Of a DNA stretch of 64,000 bases, positions 37,451-51,110 are shown in pieces. The position numbers and the translations under genes were made by a program. Source of the DNA: Octopus bimaculoides (taxonomy: Eukaryota). Under the pieces are notes generated by a model, which worked only from the letters and a program-made list of their open reading frames with translations, was not told the origin of the DNA and did not search any database. The stretch spans positions 17,466,814 to 17,530,813 of the forward strand of contig NC_068982.1 of the NCBI RefSeq assembly GCF_001194135.2. Direction: 5' to 3'. Every line of letters begins with the position of its first letter. Position 1 is the first letter of the stretch.

Positions 37451-37659
37451 TTCTTTTATGCCGACAAAAATAGGCCTCTTCCGACCAGCCTATGAAGTAC
37501 TGAATTATTTTTCAAATCAATTGCTCACACTGCATTGTATTGCTGACCCGAACATTTGACATTAGCTCATCTTCCTATCCAGGTTACGTACCAGATGATC
37601 TGGAAATGTTGCCTGTGATCAACTGATGTTATTGTTATAGTTGTTTAGCTGGTGAAGGT

Positions 37660-37935
37660 ATGTGGCTTAGTGATTATGGTATGCAGCTCATGATCATAAG
37701 GTTGTGAGTTCGATTCCTGGCGGCGCATTGTGTCCACGCTTCTCCAGTCCACTCAGCTGGCAAAAAAAGGAGTTGTACCTGTATTTGTCACGTTCTATGT
37801 CACGCTGAATCTCCTCGAGAACTACGTTAAGGGTACACGTGTCTGTGGAGTGCTCAGCCACTCGCACGTTAATTTCACGAACAGGCTTTCCCGTTGATTG
37901 GATTAATTGGAACACTCGTCGTCGTAACAGACGAA
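37660..37935 (+). mobile_element. SINE with CORE-type head and family-C tail
   Basis: gagttcgattcctggcggcgcattgtgtcc...ccactcagctggcaaaa...gagaactacgttaagggtacacgtgtctgtggagtgctcagcc. Confidence 0.75.
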
Positions 37936-39587
37936 GAGTTAAGTCTATTTTTTGTTTAACTCCAGTTCAACCCTGATCGACACATAGGCTCAAAGGCTCA
38001 CAGGCGTTCAGAACCGTGATCACTTCATTCTTTCAGGTGCTTTCTACGACAACAGTATCTAACATATCCACTTTTTAAAAAAAGATGTCAGGGTCTAATA
38101 TAGTTGTTGGTGGGATGGGGGGGGGATTCCTTGTTGGCTTGGGTTATCTGTTATTCTATCCTGGGTAAATTTTACCCCTCATCCACTTCACGACATGAAA
38201 CATGATAAAGTAAGTCAAGCTAAATACCATTTGGCAACGATTTCTTCACGAAACCTTCGAGCCATTCGTCATATTTTTTGTTTGTTTTTATATTTCCAAA
38301 CTGCAGGGGAAAACAAATTACAAAAATAAGAAACTAAAAAAAAAACCACAGCCCTAATTCTGTTGATCTTTTAAGCTTAAGATTAAAGAGCTTCTTAGTA
38401 TGTAGGAGTAATTATGTTGTATACATCTAAAGAGTTATTAAGACAGAAATCAACAATCAACAAAACACCAGAAATTTATCAAGTGCAAACCAATCATAAA
38501 CGTCTACATGACTTTTCATACGAAGGATTATAGCATAAAGTTATGTCATCTCACTGCTTTCCTGCCTAGTTCTATGCGTTCTTGAATATTTAAGCACTTT
38601 AGGTTGATAAAGCACCCGCGAGTCTCACATCAGGTGTTTCTAGCTGCAATTATCTTAAATGCGTCTGATAAGCGATATATAAAAGAGTTGATGAAAATAA
38701 GCTTTCGTATTATATTTTCAGTTTTTCTTAGAAACCTGGGATTTAGCGTTGGGTAAACATCTAAAGGTTATATTTTGTTTTTGTTTTTTGTATTCATGTA
38801 TCAGGCTTTTCGAAACGTGTTGATGAACAAACTATGACTCAGCAACCACGACGCCTGTTTCCGCCACCACCAATACCACCACCACCACCACCACGACGGC
38901 TGGTACCACCAGTGAAAAGAAGAAGAACAACAACGTTCTAAGAAGCGTTATCACAAATAACAACCTTCTTTGAACGTGAGCAAATGGGTGTGTAAAATAT
39001 AGGCTAATACACTTAGTGGATATCAGTTGGTACTTCGGAAGAAATAATTTGTATATATANNNNNNNNNNNNNNNNNNNNNNNNNNNNNNNNNNNNNNNNN
39101 NNNNNNNNNNNNNNNNNNNNNNNNNNNNNNNNNNNNNNNNNNNNNNNNNNNNNNNNNNNNNNNNNNNNNNNNNNNNNNNNNNNNNNNNNNNNNNNNNNNN
39201 NNNNNNNNNNNNNNNNNNNNNNNNNNNNNNNNNNNNNNNNNNNNNNNNNNNNNNNNNNNNNNNNNNNNNNNNNNNNNNNNNNNNNNNNNNNNNNNNNNNN
39301 NNNNNNNNNNNNNNNNNNNNNNNNNNNNNNNNNNNNNNNNNNNNNNNNNNNNNNNNNNNNNNNNNNNNNNNNNNNNNNNNNNNNNNNNNNNNNNNNNNNN
39401 NNNNNNNNNNNNNNNNNNNNNNNNNNNNNNNNNNNNNNNNNNNNNNNNNNNNNNNNNNNNNNNNNNNNNNNNNNNNNNNNNNNNNNNNNNNNNNNNNNNN
39501 NNNNNNNNNNNNNNNNNNNNNNNNNNNNNNNNNNNNNNNNNNNNNNNNNNNNNNNNNNNNNNNNNNNNNNNNNNNNNNNNNNNNNNN

Positions 39588-39636
<49 letters not shown>

Positions 39637-40409
39637 TCAAATATTGTTTCTTGCACGTCGGTGTTGCAAAGAAAGTGAAAAAAAAAAAAAATTCACATGT
39701 GTGGTGGAACAAATCTAACATTCTTACATTGTTGCCATCGTTCAGAATTTCATGGCGGCCAGGCGGTCCGCAGATGGCATTTCAGAAAGAAGAATTTTGT
39801 TGTTTTTTAGAATGGCGAGGAATTCGTTTTTTGACATTTTGGTTTTGTATACCCAGGAACCTGGATACAATTGCAAGTGTTCACCTGCTTAATGGCAAAT
39901 GCTTAAAGCAAAGCAATTTTATATAGAAATATAAATTGTAAACGAGCTGTTTAATAGAACTTTGGGAATATAGCCAAGTTCTGTGCAGCATTGTGTGGGT
40001 TTTGAGGTGACCGCACAGTTTTCTACTTCTTTTCATAAAGTTCGTACGTGTGGGTTTGACGTTAATATGGAAATGCTAACGACGAAAGAAAGAACGTGGA
40101 TGTTCAAGATGGATATGCAGTTCTACAACTTATGAGCTCTGATGTACTCTTTTAATTTTTTTATTGGCTTCAGACTCAGACATTGCGTTATGTCCATTTT
40201 CAGACACAGTCATCGATTATATCAAACTCCAGTACTTCATTTATCGATTCTGGATGGAGAATGATGAGGGGAGGAAATGCTAAGTCAACCGAGAGAGTAA
40301 TTGACAGAAACCGAATCGGATGGAGATAACAGAGTATATTTTCGCTTGGTGCATCGGGTTTTCTTTGGTGATCATAGGGCGATGCACGCGCATACACACA
40401 CGCAAACAT

Positions 40410-40457
<48 letters not shown>

Positions 40458-40648
40458 NNNNNNNNNNNNNNNNNNNNNNNNNNNNNNNNNNNNNNNNNNN
40501 NNNNNNNNNNNNNNNNNNNNNNNNNNNNNNNNNNNNNNNNNNNNNNNNNNNNNNNNNNNNNNNNNNNNNNNNNNNNNNNNNNNNNNNNNNNNNNNNNNNN
40601 NNNNNNNNNNNNNNNNNNNNNNNNNNNNNNNNNNNNNNNNNNNNNNNC

Positions 40649-40750
40649 ACATGGGGATTAACACATACTTTAAGAAATCATTGTCTCTTAAATTTAATTG
40701 TTTATATTATGATTTTATTTACTCCATGTACCCAAACTTTGTGGACACCT

Positions 40751-40752
<2 letters not shown>
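40649..40752 (+). mobile_element. Tc1/mariner-type MITE, right part (same family as 33501)
   Basis: Right TIR ccatgtacccaaactttgtggacaccttg followed by TA; 27/29 match to the left TIR at 33501. Confidence 0.8.
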
Positions 40753-40815
<63 letters not shown>

Positions 40816-41646
40816 TGTGTGTGTGTGTACGTGTATGTGTTTGCGTGTATGTATGTATACACACATACACGTTCACGTAAATATATCACACTGCTTCTTA
40901 TCCAACTACAATTTTCAAATTTAACTGACATTCGTCTGGTAAATCTGAGGCTATGTATGAAGATACTTGCTCAAAGTACCGCACAGTTTAGTCGAGCACG
41001 GGACAACGAGATTTCGAAACGAACTTTTTAACTACACAGCCTATGATGTATATTTTCGTAAATCTATGAGAAATGTCAGCAAACTCGGTGACATTTTGGA
41101 ATTTAAAACACTTTGAAATACTTCTAAGTAGATTTAGCTTGAAGAGAGCATTAGTAAGTGAACCACATATTTGAAAATAATGAAAATTTAACATGTGACC
41201 TAAAATAAAAGCTATTTTAGTTCTAAAACATTTCACTGGTGGTGATGGTGATGGTAGTAGCGACAAAGATGGATGCAGTGTTGGTGGAGTAGTGTGGAAG
41301 CCTCTATTGGTTTTCTTCTCTTTTTAATATTTATACCTGCTGACCGTTTCAGTATAGAATCTAAATATGCAGTTACAGGAGTAAGTGAACATGCTTCCAT
41401 TACACAGAACCTGACGTGGCTCTAAGGAAGGTTAAAACAGCACTAATTTGTTTGCAGGACATAGTTCAGCGTTAATTTTAGGTTTCGTCTACAAATCCTA
41501 ACGTAACAAGACTAAGTATATTCTCACACATGCAATTTATTCACAAAAGACCCACACATGCAATTTATTCACTAAAGATCTGGAAACCACAGTAATTATC
41601 AAGCACAATAAGCACACGATATATGAAGCATTCGGGGCTTGTGAGA

Positions 41647-41690
<44 letters not shown>

Positions 41691-41842
41691 GCCGTTTCGT
41701 TCTGGAGACTGGCCTAAATGTCTCAAAGCCTACTTGCCACATGGGAGATGTTTGTTGACAGAATGATGGAAAGAATGTTAATAAGGCATCATTGGTTTCA
41801 AAAGAAATACGAAATAGCGACAAACGAATTGAAGGGTCTTTG

Positions 41843-41917
<75 letters not shown>

Positions 41918-42968
41918 NNNNNNNNNNNNNNNNNNNNNNNNNNNNNNNNNNNNNNNNNNNNNNNNNNNNNNNNNNNNNNNNNNNNNNNNNNNNNNNNNNN
42001 NNNNNNNNNNNNNNNNNNNNNNNNNNNNNNNNNNNNNNNNNNNNNNNNNNNNNNNNNNNNNNNNNNNNNNNNNNNNNNNNNNNNNNNNNNNNNNNNNNNN
42101 NNNNNNNNNNNNNNNNNNNNNNNNNNNNNNNNNNNNNNNNNNNNNNNNNNNNNNNNNNNNNNNNNNNNNNNNNNNNNNNNNNNNNNNNNNNNNNNNNNNN
42201 NNNNNNNNNNNNNNNNNNNNNNNNNNNNNNNNNNNNNNNNNNNNNNNNNNNNNNNNNNNNNNNNNNNNNNNNNNNNNNNNNNNATATATATATATATATA
42301 TATATATAAATACACACACATATTATGTGTGTGTGCATATATATATGTGTGTGTGCGCGCGTGTGGGTATGTACTGTTCCGTGACAGAAAATTCAACAAG
42401 AAAGTACTCTATCTGGTGAGAGATAAAAATTATTTATTTAAAGAACACAATACAAGTATTTAAGCGCTACTAATAGTTTCATATGTTGAGAAACGCTCCA
42501 ACATATTCTTCAGGGGCATGTATGCATGTGTGCGTGCACACGGGCGCGTGTGTGTGCGCGTGTGCATATGTGTGTGCATCTGTAAGGCAGCGAATTCTGT
42601 TGGATATAGTGCTTCGCGGTATTTGTTTCGAGTCACTGCGCTCTGAGTCTAGACACCATCAACGTCAACTTTGCGTTTCGACCATCTGTGGTTCGATAAA
42701 AAATGCATCAACCCAGGGCAATTGATAGGCGGAGCTGTTAAAATGTGACGTAAAACTTCCATGCATTATCTGCTCTGGCTATTTGAATTCTAATGACCAG
42801 CGCCTTTGAAGACATTGGTGTCAGCGACACTTGGCCCATATTGGCTGCCTTTTCCTTCAATACACCTCGGTGGCGTACACAGGAGAGACTTGAATGCATG
42901 TTTTGACTTTCACAGCCGCCCGAGCATCAGAAACGTGAAACTCGAGTAACTTTAGTAAAGATTTTAGG

Positions 42969-43030
<62 letters not shown>

Positions 43031-43689
43031 CATCTATCTATCTATCTATCTATCTATCCATCTATCTATCTATCCATCTATCTATCTATCTATCTATCTA
43101 TCCATCTATCTATCTATCTATCTGCCTGCCTGCCTGCCTATCTGTCTNNNNNNNNNNNNNNNNNNNNNNNNNNNNNNNNNNNNNNNNNNNNNNNNNNNNN
43201 NNNNNNNNNNNNNNNNNNNNNNNNNNNNNNNNNNNNNNNNNNNNNNNNNNNNNNNNNNNNNNNNNNNNNNNNNNNNNNNNNNNNNNNNNNNNNNNNNNNN
43301 NNNNNNNNNNNNNNNNNNNNNNNNNNNNNNNNNNNNNNNNNNNNNNNNNNNNNNNNNNNNNNNNNNNNNNNNNNNNNNNNNNNNNNNNNNNNNNNNNNNN
43401 NNNNNNNNNNNNNNNNNNNNNNNNNNNNNNNNNNNNNNNNNNNNNNNNNNNNNNNNNNNNNNNNNNNNNNNNNNNNNNNNNNNNNNNNNNNNNNNNNNNN
43501 NNNNNNNNNNNNNNNNNNNNNNNNNNNNNNNNNNNNNNNNNNNNNNNNNNNNNNNNNNNNNNNNNNNNNNNNNNNNNNNNNNNNNNNNNNNNNNNNNNNN
43601 NNNNNNNNNNNNNNNNNNNNNNNNNNNNNNNNNNNNNNNNNNNNNNNNNNNNNNNNNNNNNNNNNNNNNNNNNNNNNNNNNNNNNNNCT

Positions 43690-44090
43690 AATCGGTATTT
43701 CGTCAGCCGCTACGTTCTGAGTTCAAATTCCGCCAAGACCGACTTTGCTTTTCATCCTTTCGGGGTCGAGTAAATTAAGTACCAGTTATGCACTCGGGTC
43801 GATGTAATCGACTTAATCCCTTTGTCTGTTCGCTCTATGTTTAGCCCCCTGTAGGCAATAAAGAAATATATATAGTCGAGCTGGTAGAATCGTTAGCACG
43901 CCGGACAAAATGCTTAGCGGTATTTCGTGTGTCTTTACGCTCTCAGTTCAAATTCCTCCGAGGTCGACTTTGCCTTTTATCCTTTCGGGGTCGATAAATT
44001 AAGTACCAGATGTGTACTGGGGGTCAATGTAATCGACTTCCCCACTCCCCCAAAATTTCAGGCCTTGTGCCTAGAGTAGAAAAGAATATT
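43690..44090 (+). mobile_element. SINE family A dimer (tail type 1, then tail type 2)
   Basis: Two consecutive units; the second starts gtcgagctggtagaatcgttagcacg at ~43876. Confidence 0.82.
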
Positions 44091-44177
44091 TGTATTTATT
44101 AAATAATATTTTACTTTCTCACTGAATTGAGTGTTTATTTTGCTGATTCTATCAACAAACGAACTATATGATATATA

Positions 44178-44720
44178 CGAAGGGGTACCCAAAAGAAACC
44201 GGAATTTTGCAATATTATTTTATTCACCTTTATTTTTGCAATATTATTCTACACTTTTATCGCCTTCAATGCATCGGTCCAGGCCGGTTTTCCACTATTC
44301 GAAGCAGTCCTGGAACTCTTGTGAAGTGATGCCTTTTAAAGCCTCCGTCGTTTTTTTCTTCACCTTTCTACATCTGCAAAACGTTTTCTTTTAGGGACTT
44401 TTTAAATTTGGGGGAACAAAAAATGTCACAGGGAGCAAGATCGGGTGAAAAGGGAGGGAGGATAAGCGGGGTCATGCCATTTTTGGTAGAAAAAAATGCC
44501 TCACACTCAAGGCTGTGTGTGCAGGCGCATTGTCGTGATGAAACCACCACTATCCACTTTGCCACAGGTCGGGACGTTTTCGTCTCGTCGCGTCTCGCAA
44601 ATGCTTCATAACTGCCAAATAAAATGTCTGGTTAACAGTTTGACCAAGGGGAATAAATTCTGTGTGGACAATTCCTTACGCATCAATGAAACAAATCAGC
44701 ATCGTCTTATCATCCATATT
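44178..44720 (-). pseudogene. Mariner transposon relic (3' end with TIR)
   Basis: FFSTKNGMTPLILPPFSPDLAPCDIF (the YSPDLAPxD motif). TA followed by cgaaggggtacccaaaagaaaccggaat is a mariner-like TIR at 44178. Confidence 0.85.
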
Positions 44721-45129
44721 ATGCCCCAAGCTGTTGTTACTGTTTAAACCGTAAGTCAGCGTTGATTGAGCAGATATATTATGAAAGGCATTTCAGCCTT
44801 AGCAACCTGTCTTTTATCTCTGACGCTGTGCATCCAAAACCACATTATCCTACGTATCCTTATCCATTCAAGAGGAGAAGTACGCGTTGAGAGAAATTTG
44901 GCTGCTGTTTCTTTGCTGCTCGAGTGATTACTCAGAGTTTCGCAGAGAAGTATTGGTGCTGTCAGGCTGAGGTTGTTTTGCTGTTATACATGACATCGCA
45001 ATGGATCATAGGACTTAAGTTGCTAGAAAAATCTTAACGTTTGTTATTTTGATGTGATTAAAAATTTAGTGAAATATCTCACAATTAAAAAAAAAAAACC
45101 CATCTGTCCATCCATCGTCTCCTCCTACT

Positions 45130-45690
45130 ACTACTGGGAGGAACGTGGTGGGGGTAGTCTTGAAGCACATCCTCCATTGGGTCGCGTCATGACATTTCCG
45201 GTGAGATTCCTAAGCATGACCAACCGAGACTATGGATAGCATTCAACCATCTTGTTCTTATTCTGCCCCTAGGTCTCCTGCCAGTTGTGTGATTTCTTTT
45301 CCTGCGATTTTTTCTTGTGATTTTTTTCCTGCGACATTCTAATCACATGTCCATAGTATCGGAGCTACTCAATTCGGAGAAATAGTGGCTCGACCTGGAG
45401 GGGCTCTCTTATCTCTGAGCTATGAACCCTCAAGAGTAACGGTACTCCAGAGATCCTTCAGAAGAACTCCTATTCGACCTGTAGTATGTCTTCAGTCATT
45501 ACCCAACATCCATGAGGATAAGCTCAAAAACCGAATCGAAGACAACGAGCTTAACTTTTTACCCACCTCTCCTCTTTTGAGGATCGAATATCGCAGCTGG
45601 CACATTACTGTGCCGGCACCTGTAATTCCAGCATCCAGTTCAATCTCTTGCCTTCCATCACATTTGAACCCCGAGGTACTTAAACTTCAC
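45130..45690 (-). mobile_element. RTE-clade LINE, degenerate 3' ORF
   Basis: Minus-strand fragments KFKYLG and RALQVEPLFLRIE*LRYYGHVIRMSQEKI are typical of the RTE ORF C-terminal region. Confidence 0.75.
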
Positions 45691-46779
45691 TTATCTAATA
45701 ACCAGACTCATTATCTCTTTCTTTTAAGTTTAAATTATAAATAATTCTATTTTGTGTGTTTAAATACTGAAATTTCGTTTTAATGACCGCTGACCTTTTT
45801 GTCAGAATATATAAAAAGGTTAAAACTTCATTCGTTTCCATAAACAGAAAATGACATTTTAGATATATCTTTAGAGACAAGATTAGGAACAATACTGAAA
45901 AACATATAAGGGCGACAACAATGTAAAATAAGATAAAGTTAATTAGTTCAATTTTTATTTGTTTTAAATTTTTCAATTCCATTTACGGATTTCATATCGC
46001 AATAAGATTTCTTAGAAAAAAAAAACAACAAAAAACTAGACACTTTTGTTCTATCTCCTCGACACAATTGTCAACAACACAAAATCCACTTGAAGCCAAC
46101 ATCAAAGAGATAATAAAACGGATTTTTAGTTTTCATTTTCCTTTCCGTTTATTTATTCTATGGCGATGTTCTGAAGTGGGTGTCTATGTGGCTACGCGGT
46201 TAACAAGTTCAGAATTTTGTTGTGTTCAGTCTGCCCGAGTTCACTCCCTTGTCACTCTCGCTAGCGGGATTGCCAAGGGAGTGAACCAGTGGTTGGCTCA
46301 AATAAATAAACAACGACACCATTAGTTTCAGTCATTTGACGGCGGCCATGCTAGGGCACCACCTTGAAGGGTTTTAGTCGAACAAATCGAAGTCCCAAAT
46401 GGGGATCGCTGAAAAAAGCACATTTATTCTTTTCTATTCAATTGCAATAATAAACATTTTAGTTTTTTCGAAATTATGATACCAAATGCGAATGTGTATG
46501 AATGAATGATATAGATGGGAAACACACACACACAAAAAAAAGGCATTTTCAAAACAGTATTTTTGTAGTTCAAAAATTACGATTTGTGACATAAAATGTC
46601 CTCTAGAATAAGCCAGAGCTAATAATGACAAACTTTAACTTCTAAATATTGTTAAAGCCACCTCTGCAAATGCAATGTATATATGCAATTCACTTTAAAT
46701 ACAACAAACAACCGGCAATGAGCCTGTTTTTAGCAGATCCCTAAATGGAGCTCATGGCAGGCAATGGGTTAGGGAAGGC

Positions 46780-47100
46780 AGCAAGCTTACTGAATCGTAG
46801 GGCGCAGAAAAAAAGAAGAAAGATAATGATTTAAAAACATTTCTTCCGGCTCTCTACGTTCTGAGTTCAAGTAAGCACTAGTTGAGCACTGAGGTCGATA
46901 TATTCGACTCATTGCTCCTCGCCACCAAATTGCTGACTTGGTGCCAAAATTTGAAACCAGTACGTTCGTTAAATAGAGAATCAAGGCGGCGAGATGGCAG
47001 AATCGTTAGCACGCCGGGCGAAATGCTCAGCTGTATTTCGTCTGCCACTACGTTCTGAGTTCAAATTCCGCCGAGGTCGAATTTACCATTCATCCTTTCG
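46780..47100 (+). mobile_element. Two adjacent SINE family A copies
   Basis: A degenerate copy at ~46780-46965 and aaggcggcgagatggcagaatcgttagcacgccgggcgaaatg at 46984-47100. Confidence 0.75.
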
Positions 47101-47390
47101 GGCCATTCATCCATTCATGGCCTTCTTTCCTCGGTCAAGTGCCAGATGTCACGACCATTTCGGGCAGTTACATTTGAGATAGTTCGATCTGGTTGCCCCA
47201 CCAAAAAGTCTGAGCTAAGAGCATTAGACCTCTTTGTAAGAANNNNNNNNNNNNNNNNNNNNNNNNNNNNNNNNNNNNNNNNNNNNNNNNNNNNNNNNNN
47301 NNNNNNNNNNNNNNNNNNNNNNNNNNNNNNNNNNNNNNNNNNNNNNNNNNNNNNNNNNNNNNNNNNNNNNNNNNNNNNNNNNNNNNNNNN

Positions 47391-47431
<41 letters not shown>

Positions 47432-48417
47432 GTAAATAATTTTTAGGGGAGCCTGTGTATTTGAATCACAATTTTGAAAAGCTCTCCTTTGACTAGCAGT
47501 CAAAGATTTTCAACGATTATTATTTCCTGTGACTTGGAAGGTCCTGTTATGGCCGTAATCCAATTTTCATGGATGCAATGGTCCAGCGCCTTGTCATACT
47601 GAAACCGATAGTTTATATCAGTAAAGTGACATGTGCGTCATAACATGGTATAAATTTATCTTCAAGGATTGAAATATATTTCTGGGTATTATTATTGCAT
47701 CTCAATATGGAGAGAATCGCGAAACCACGATTAATGAGTAGTACAACCTTAAATGAAAGTAAACGCACATCTTTGGCGATCTCTTAGCAAACGCATGGTG
47801 ATTGAAACCAAGACGGGAAGCTTCTACGCCGGCGCTTTTCAATATATGTCCTGAGAATTCCTAAGATTCTGTGAAAATATTTTGGGGTTCCGTGAGGTAC
47901 TGCGTCTTTTAGAAATATGCACCAAACATTATTGCCTGAAAAAATTGTATTTATTATTTTGAAAATAATTACAGTTTTTTTTCTACATATATGAACAATT
48001 TCTCTCAAATAGTATTTTGTTGAATTTAATGTGATATTAAATATGATGTGTCGGGGTTTGTCCTTAAATTATAGAGATGGGTCTACGATTATTGCAAAAT
48101 CGTATTAGCATTCCACGACAAAATAGTTTGGGAGCCACTGCTAGAGATAGCAGCCACGTCTCCCTCAGATAAAAATATTGTCTTAAAAATCAATTTATGT
48201 AGTCCTGGATAATGAGAACGGCAGATTGATCAAGTCTGGAATGTCGCTGATCATATGTCAATCCAATAAGGATAATTTGGTGGGATAAACAAAAATAACA
48301 AAAAAATAACAACAACTGAACGCATTCTGTGGTTACTTCAGGGCGCAACCATTCATGAGAAAACAATTTCGCATTACATTACTTCTGAACAATCTCCTGC
48401 CATTGTGTCCTCCAAAC

Positions 48418-48603
48418 CAGTGCTCTGCAACCGGTATGCCGCGGCACACAGGTGTGCCACGAGACAATGCTAGGTGTACCGCAGTGTAACCTGAATATAA
48501 TTTTTTCCCCCATACTTTTAATTATATTTTTAGTTTAGGTGTGCCGCCGAATTTCGAAAATAATATAAGTGTACGGCAAGTGGAAAAAGGGTGCGGAACT
48601 CTG
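48418..48603. mobile_element. hAT (Charlie-like) MITE
   Basis: Imperfect TIRs cagtgctctgcaacc / gggtgcggaactctg (11/15) and internal gtgtgccgc repeats. The right flank ttctagat fits the nTCTAGAn target preference; the left flank ctccaaac is diverged. Confidence 0.6.
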
Positions 48604-48704
48604 TTCTAGATACACTGGCGAGAGATTGCTAGATAATGTTGCATGAGATAGACTAAGTTAGAACACTCTCGTACAGGATAATTATACCGCAATTGACCGA
48701 ATGC

Positions 48705-48975
48705 GACGAGCTGGCAGAAACGTTAGCACGCCGGACGAAATGCTTTGCGGTATTTCATCTACCGTTACGTTCTGAGTTCAAATTCCGCCGAGGTCGACTT
48801 TGCCTTTCATCCTTTCGGGGTCGATAAATTAAATACCAGTTACACACTGGAGTCGATGTAATCGACTTAATCCCTTTGTCTGTCCTTGTTTGTCCCCTCT
48901 ATGTTTAGCTCCTTGTGGGCAATGAAGAAATAAGAAACGTTAGCACGCCGGACGAAATGCTTTGCGGTATTTCAT
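48705..48975 (+). mobile_element. SINE family A tandem array (first unit plus start of second, then gap)
   Basis: agaaacgttagcacgccggacgaaatgctttgcggtatttcat occurs at ~48716 and again at ~48933 with identical variants. Confidence 0.88.
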
Positions 48976-50445
48976 NNNNNNNNNNNNNNNNNNNNNNNNN
49001 NNNNNNNNNNNNNNNNNNNNNNNNNNNNNNNNNNNNNNNNNNNNNNNNNNNNNNNNNNNNNNNNNNNNNNNNNNNNNNNNNNNNNNNNNNNNNNNNNNNN
49101 NNNNNNNNNNNNNNNNNNNNNNNNNNNNNNNNNNNNNNNNNNNNNNNNNNNNNNNNNNNNNNNNNNNNNNNNNNNNNNNNNNNNNNNNNNNNNNNNNNNN
49201 NNNNNNNNNNNNNNNNNNNNNNNNNNNNNNNNNNNNNNNNNNNNNNNNNNNNNNNNNNNNNNNNNNNNNNNNNNNNNNNNNNNNACAAACAGAATAAATA
49301 CCAGACTTAAAAAAAAAAAAATGAGTATAGGGCTCGGTTCGTTCAAGTAAAAACCCTTCAAGGTGTTACCCCAGCATGGCCATGGTCAAATAACTGAAAC
49401 AAGTGAAAGCTATAAGAAAGATACACTGTGACCCAAGCTGCACTATACAAAATATCATATTTCCTTTCAAAGAAGAGGAGGTGTTATAGGAAAGAGATTC
49501 GACTATTATTTTAAGCAGGTCGAACGATCACGTAGAGACTCTGTAGTTGGTTGATGGTAAGATTCTGGTAGACAACACAAAATTTCAGCATCTCAGTTAT
49601 TTTTGGAACTTAAGTCGTTTAGAAATGGCTTTATCGCTATCACCTAGACGCTAACGGGTTTATAAAAACAGCAGAGTGGGATGTAATAGCTCTTTCAAAT
49701 CGATTTTTGATGGTATTAACTGTATCAATAAAATTTAAGAACTAAGATCTAAGAAGAAAATTATTCCCCGAACATGTCCGTGCGTTCCTTCGTTAATTTC
49801 TTTTATCTTTTGTTTACTGTTCTTTTCTTTTCTAAGTCCCTCATTACTTTGAAAGAAATAGATTATTTAGATTTTTCCCTCTGCCATTTAAACATGCTGC
49901 TACGATTTACCTCTTCTCAGGTTTATTTATTATCGTCTAATATAAAGAGCACCAAGTTTGTCAGTTGCTATCTATCCTTCAGTTAGATGCCGTCTGCGTA
50001 TTTATCACTCACTCACTGCGCCTCCTACATCGTTCTAATGAACTACCAGTGTAAATGAGTGTAAGGGGTTTTATGGTAACTAGCTTTGATATCTCGCTAA
50101 GTTTTATTGCTGACCGGCTTGCTAACCAGGAAAGCATGATGGCACACATTCAAATTTGCAGATGCTGAAAGCAACAGTTGTGAATGAATGCAATACAAGT
50201 GAAAGTCGTCATTTTGTATTTTACTTTTAAGATCTTTTATTGCAGAAGCGAGAAAATTTATTAGAATTATTGGCTGATTTTAGAATCTCTATTGAGCCAA
50301 CATCTTCGCATCTACATCTTGGTAATGAAAAGATTTCTTTCTTCCTAGAATTTATTGCTACAGTACGTTAATGAGAACAACTTTGTGTCTGTGCATGTGT
50401 GCGTGTGCATGACTATATATATATATATATATGCACATACACACG

Positions 50446-50501
<56 letters not shown>

Positions 50502-50529
50502 CACATACATACATATACCTTGAGGGCTA

Positions 50530-50745
50530 CAGCTTAGTGGTTAGAGTATTGGGTTCATGATCGTAAGACTGTAGCTTCGATTCTTGTATAGGGTGACGAA
50601 TTGTATTCTTGAGCAATTCACTTCATGTTGCTTCAGTCCACTCAGTTGGCAAAAACAAAAATAATCCTGCGACGGTTATCCCGTCCAATGGGAATAGGGA
50701 GTATATGCATCGCATAACCCGGAGAATCCGGCCTTATGATTCGGG
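50530..50745 (+). mobile_element. SINE with V-domain-like tail, diverged
   Basis: tRNA-like head, then cagtccactcagttggcaaaaa and atcctgcgacggttatcccgtcc. Confidence 0.55.
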
Positions 50746-50815
<70 letters not shown>

Positions 50816-50834
50816 TTATCTATCTATCTATCTA

Positions 50835-51110
50835 CGCATATATGGTGGTTGTCTACTCCTTATGAAGAGTTTGACCATCTCCTGTACCTACACCTTAGTA
50901 CAATCATGGCATCTGATGTGGCTTTTTAAACCAGACAATGTTCCCGAAAGACACACACATAGATTGCACATCCAAGAATTGCAGATAAGTTCTGACCTTT
51001 GTGGATCTTAAAATGTCTTTTGAGGCGTCCGTTAGATTTGCAAACCTTCTGGCATACACTGCATTCAATGGTGTGCACAGACATATAGGCAGAATAGTTG
51101 GTGGAGGATC
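50835..51110 (-). mobile_element. Probable RTE-type LINE 3' end encoding C2H2-like zinc fingers
   Basis: CSVCQKVCKSNGRLKRHFKIH (51001-51063), a frameshifted second finger (...FR/TLSGLKSHIRCH), then a short 3' region abutting an (ATAG)n tail. Confidence 0.55.

Noticed and set aside
38600-38725. GATA sites, TATATAAAAG and TCAGTT suggesting a plus-strand core promoter
   Set aside because: TATA-to-Inr spacing is ~42 bp rather than ~30, and such motifs are common in AT-rich DNA.
33501-40754. Matching left TIR (33501) and right TIR (40724-40752) 7.2 kb apart, suggesting a composite transposon
   Set aside because: The right-hand copy has its own diverged MITE interior and its left end is hidden in a gap; two independent MITEs are the simpler explanation.
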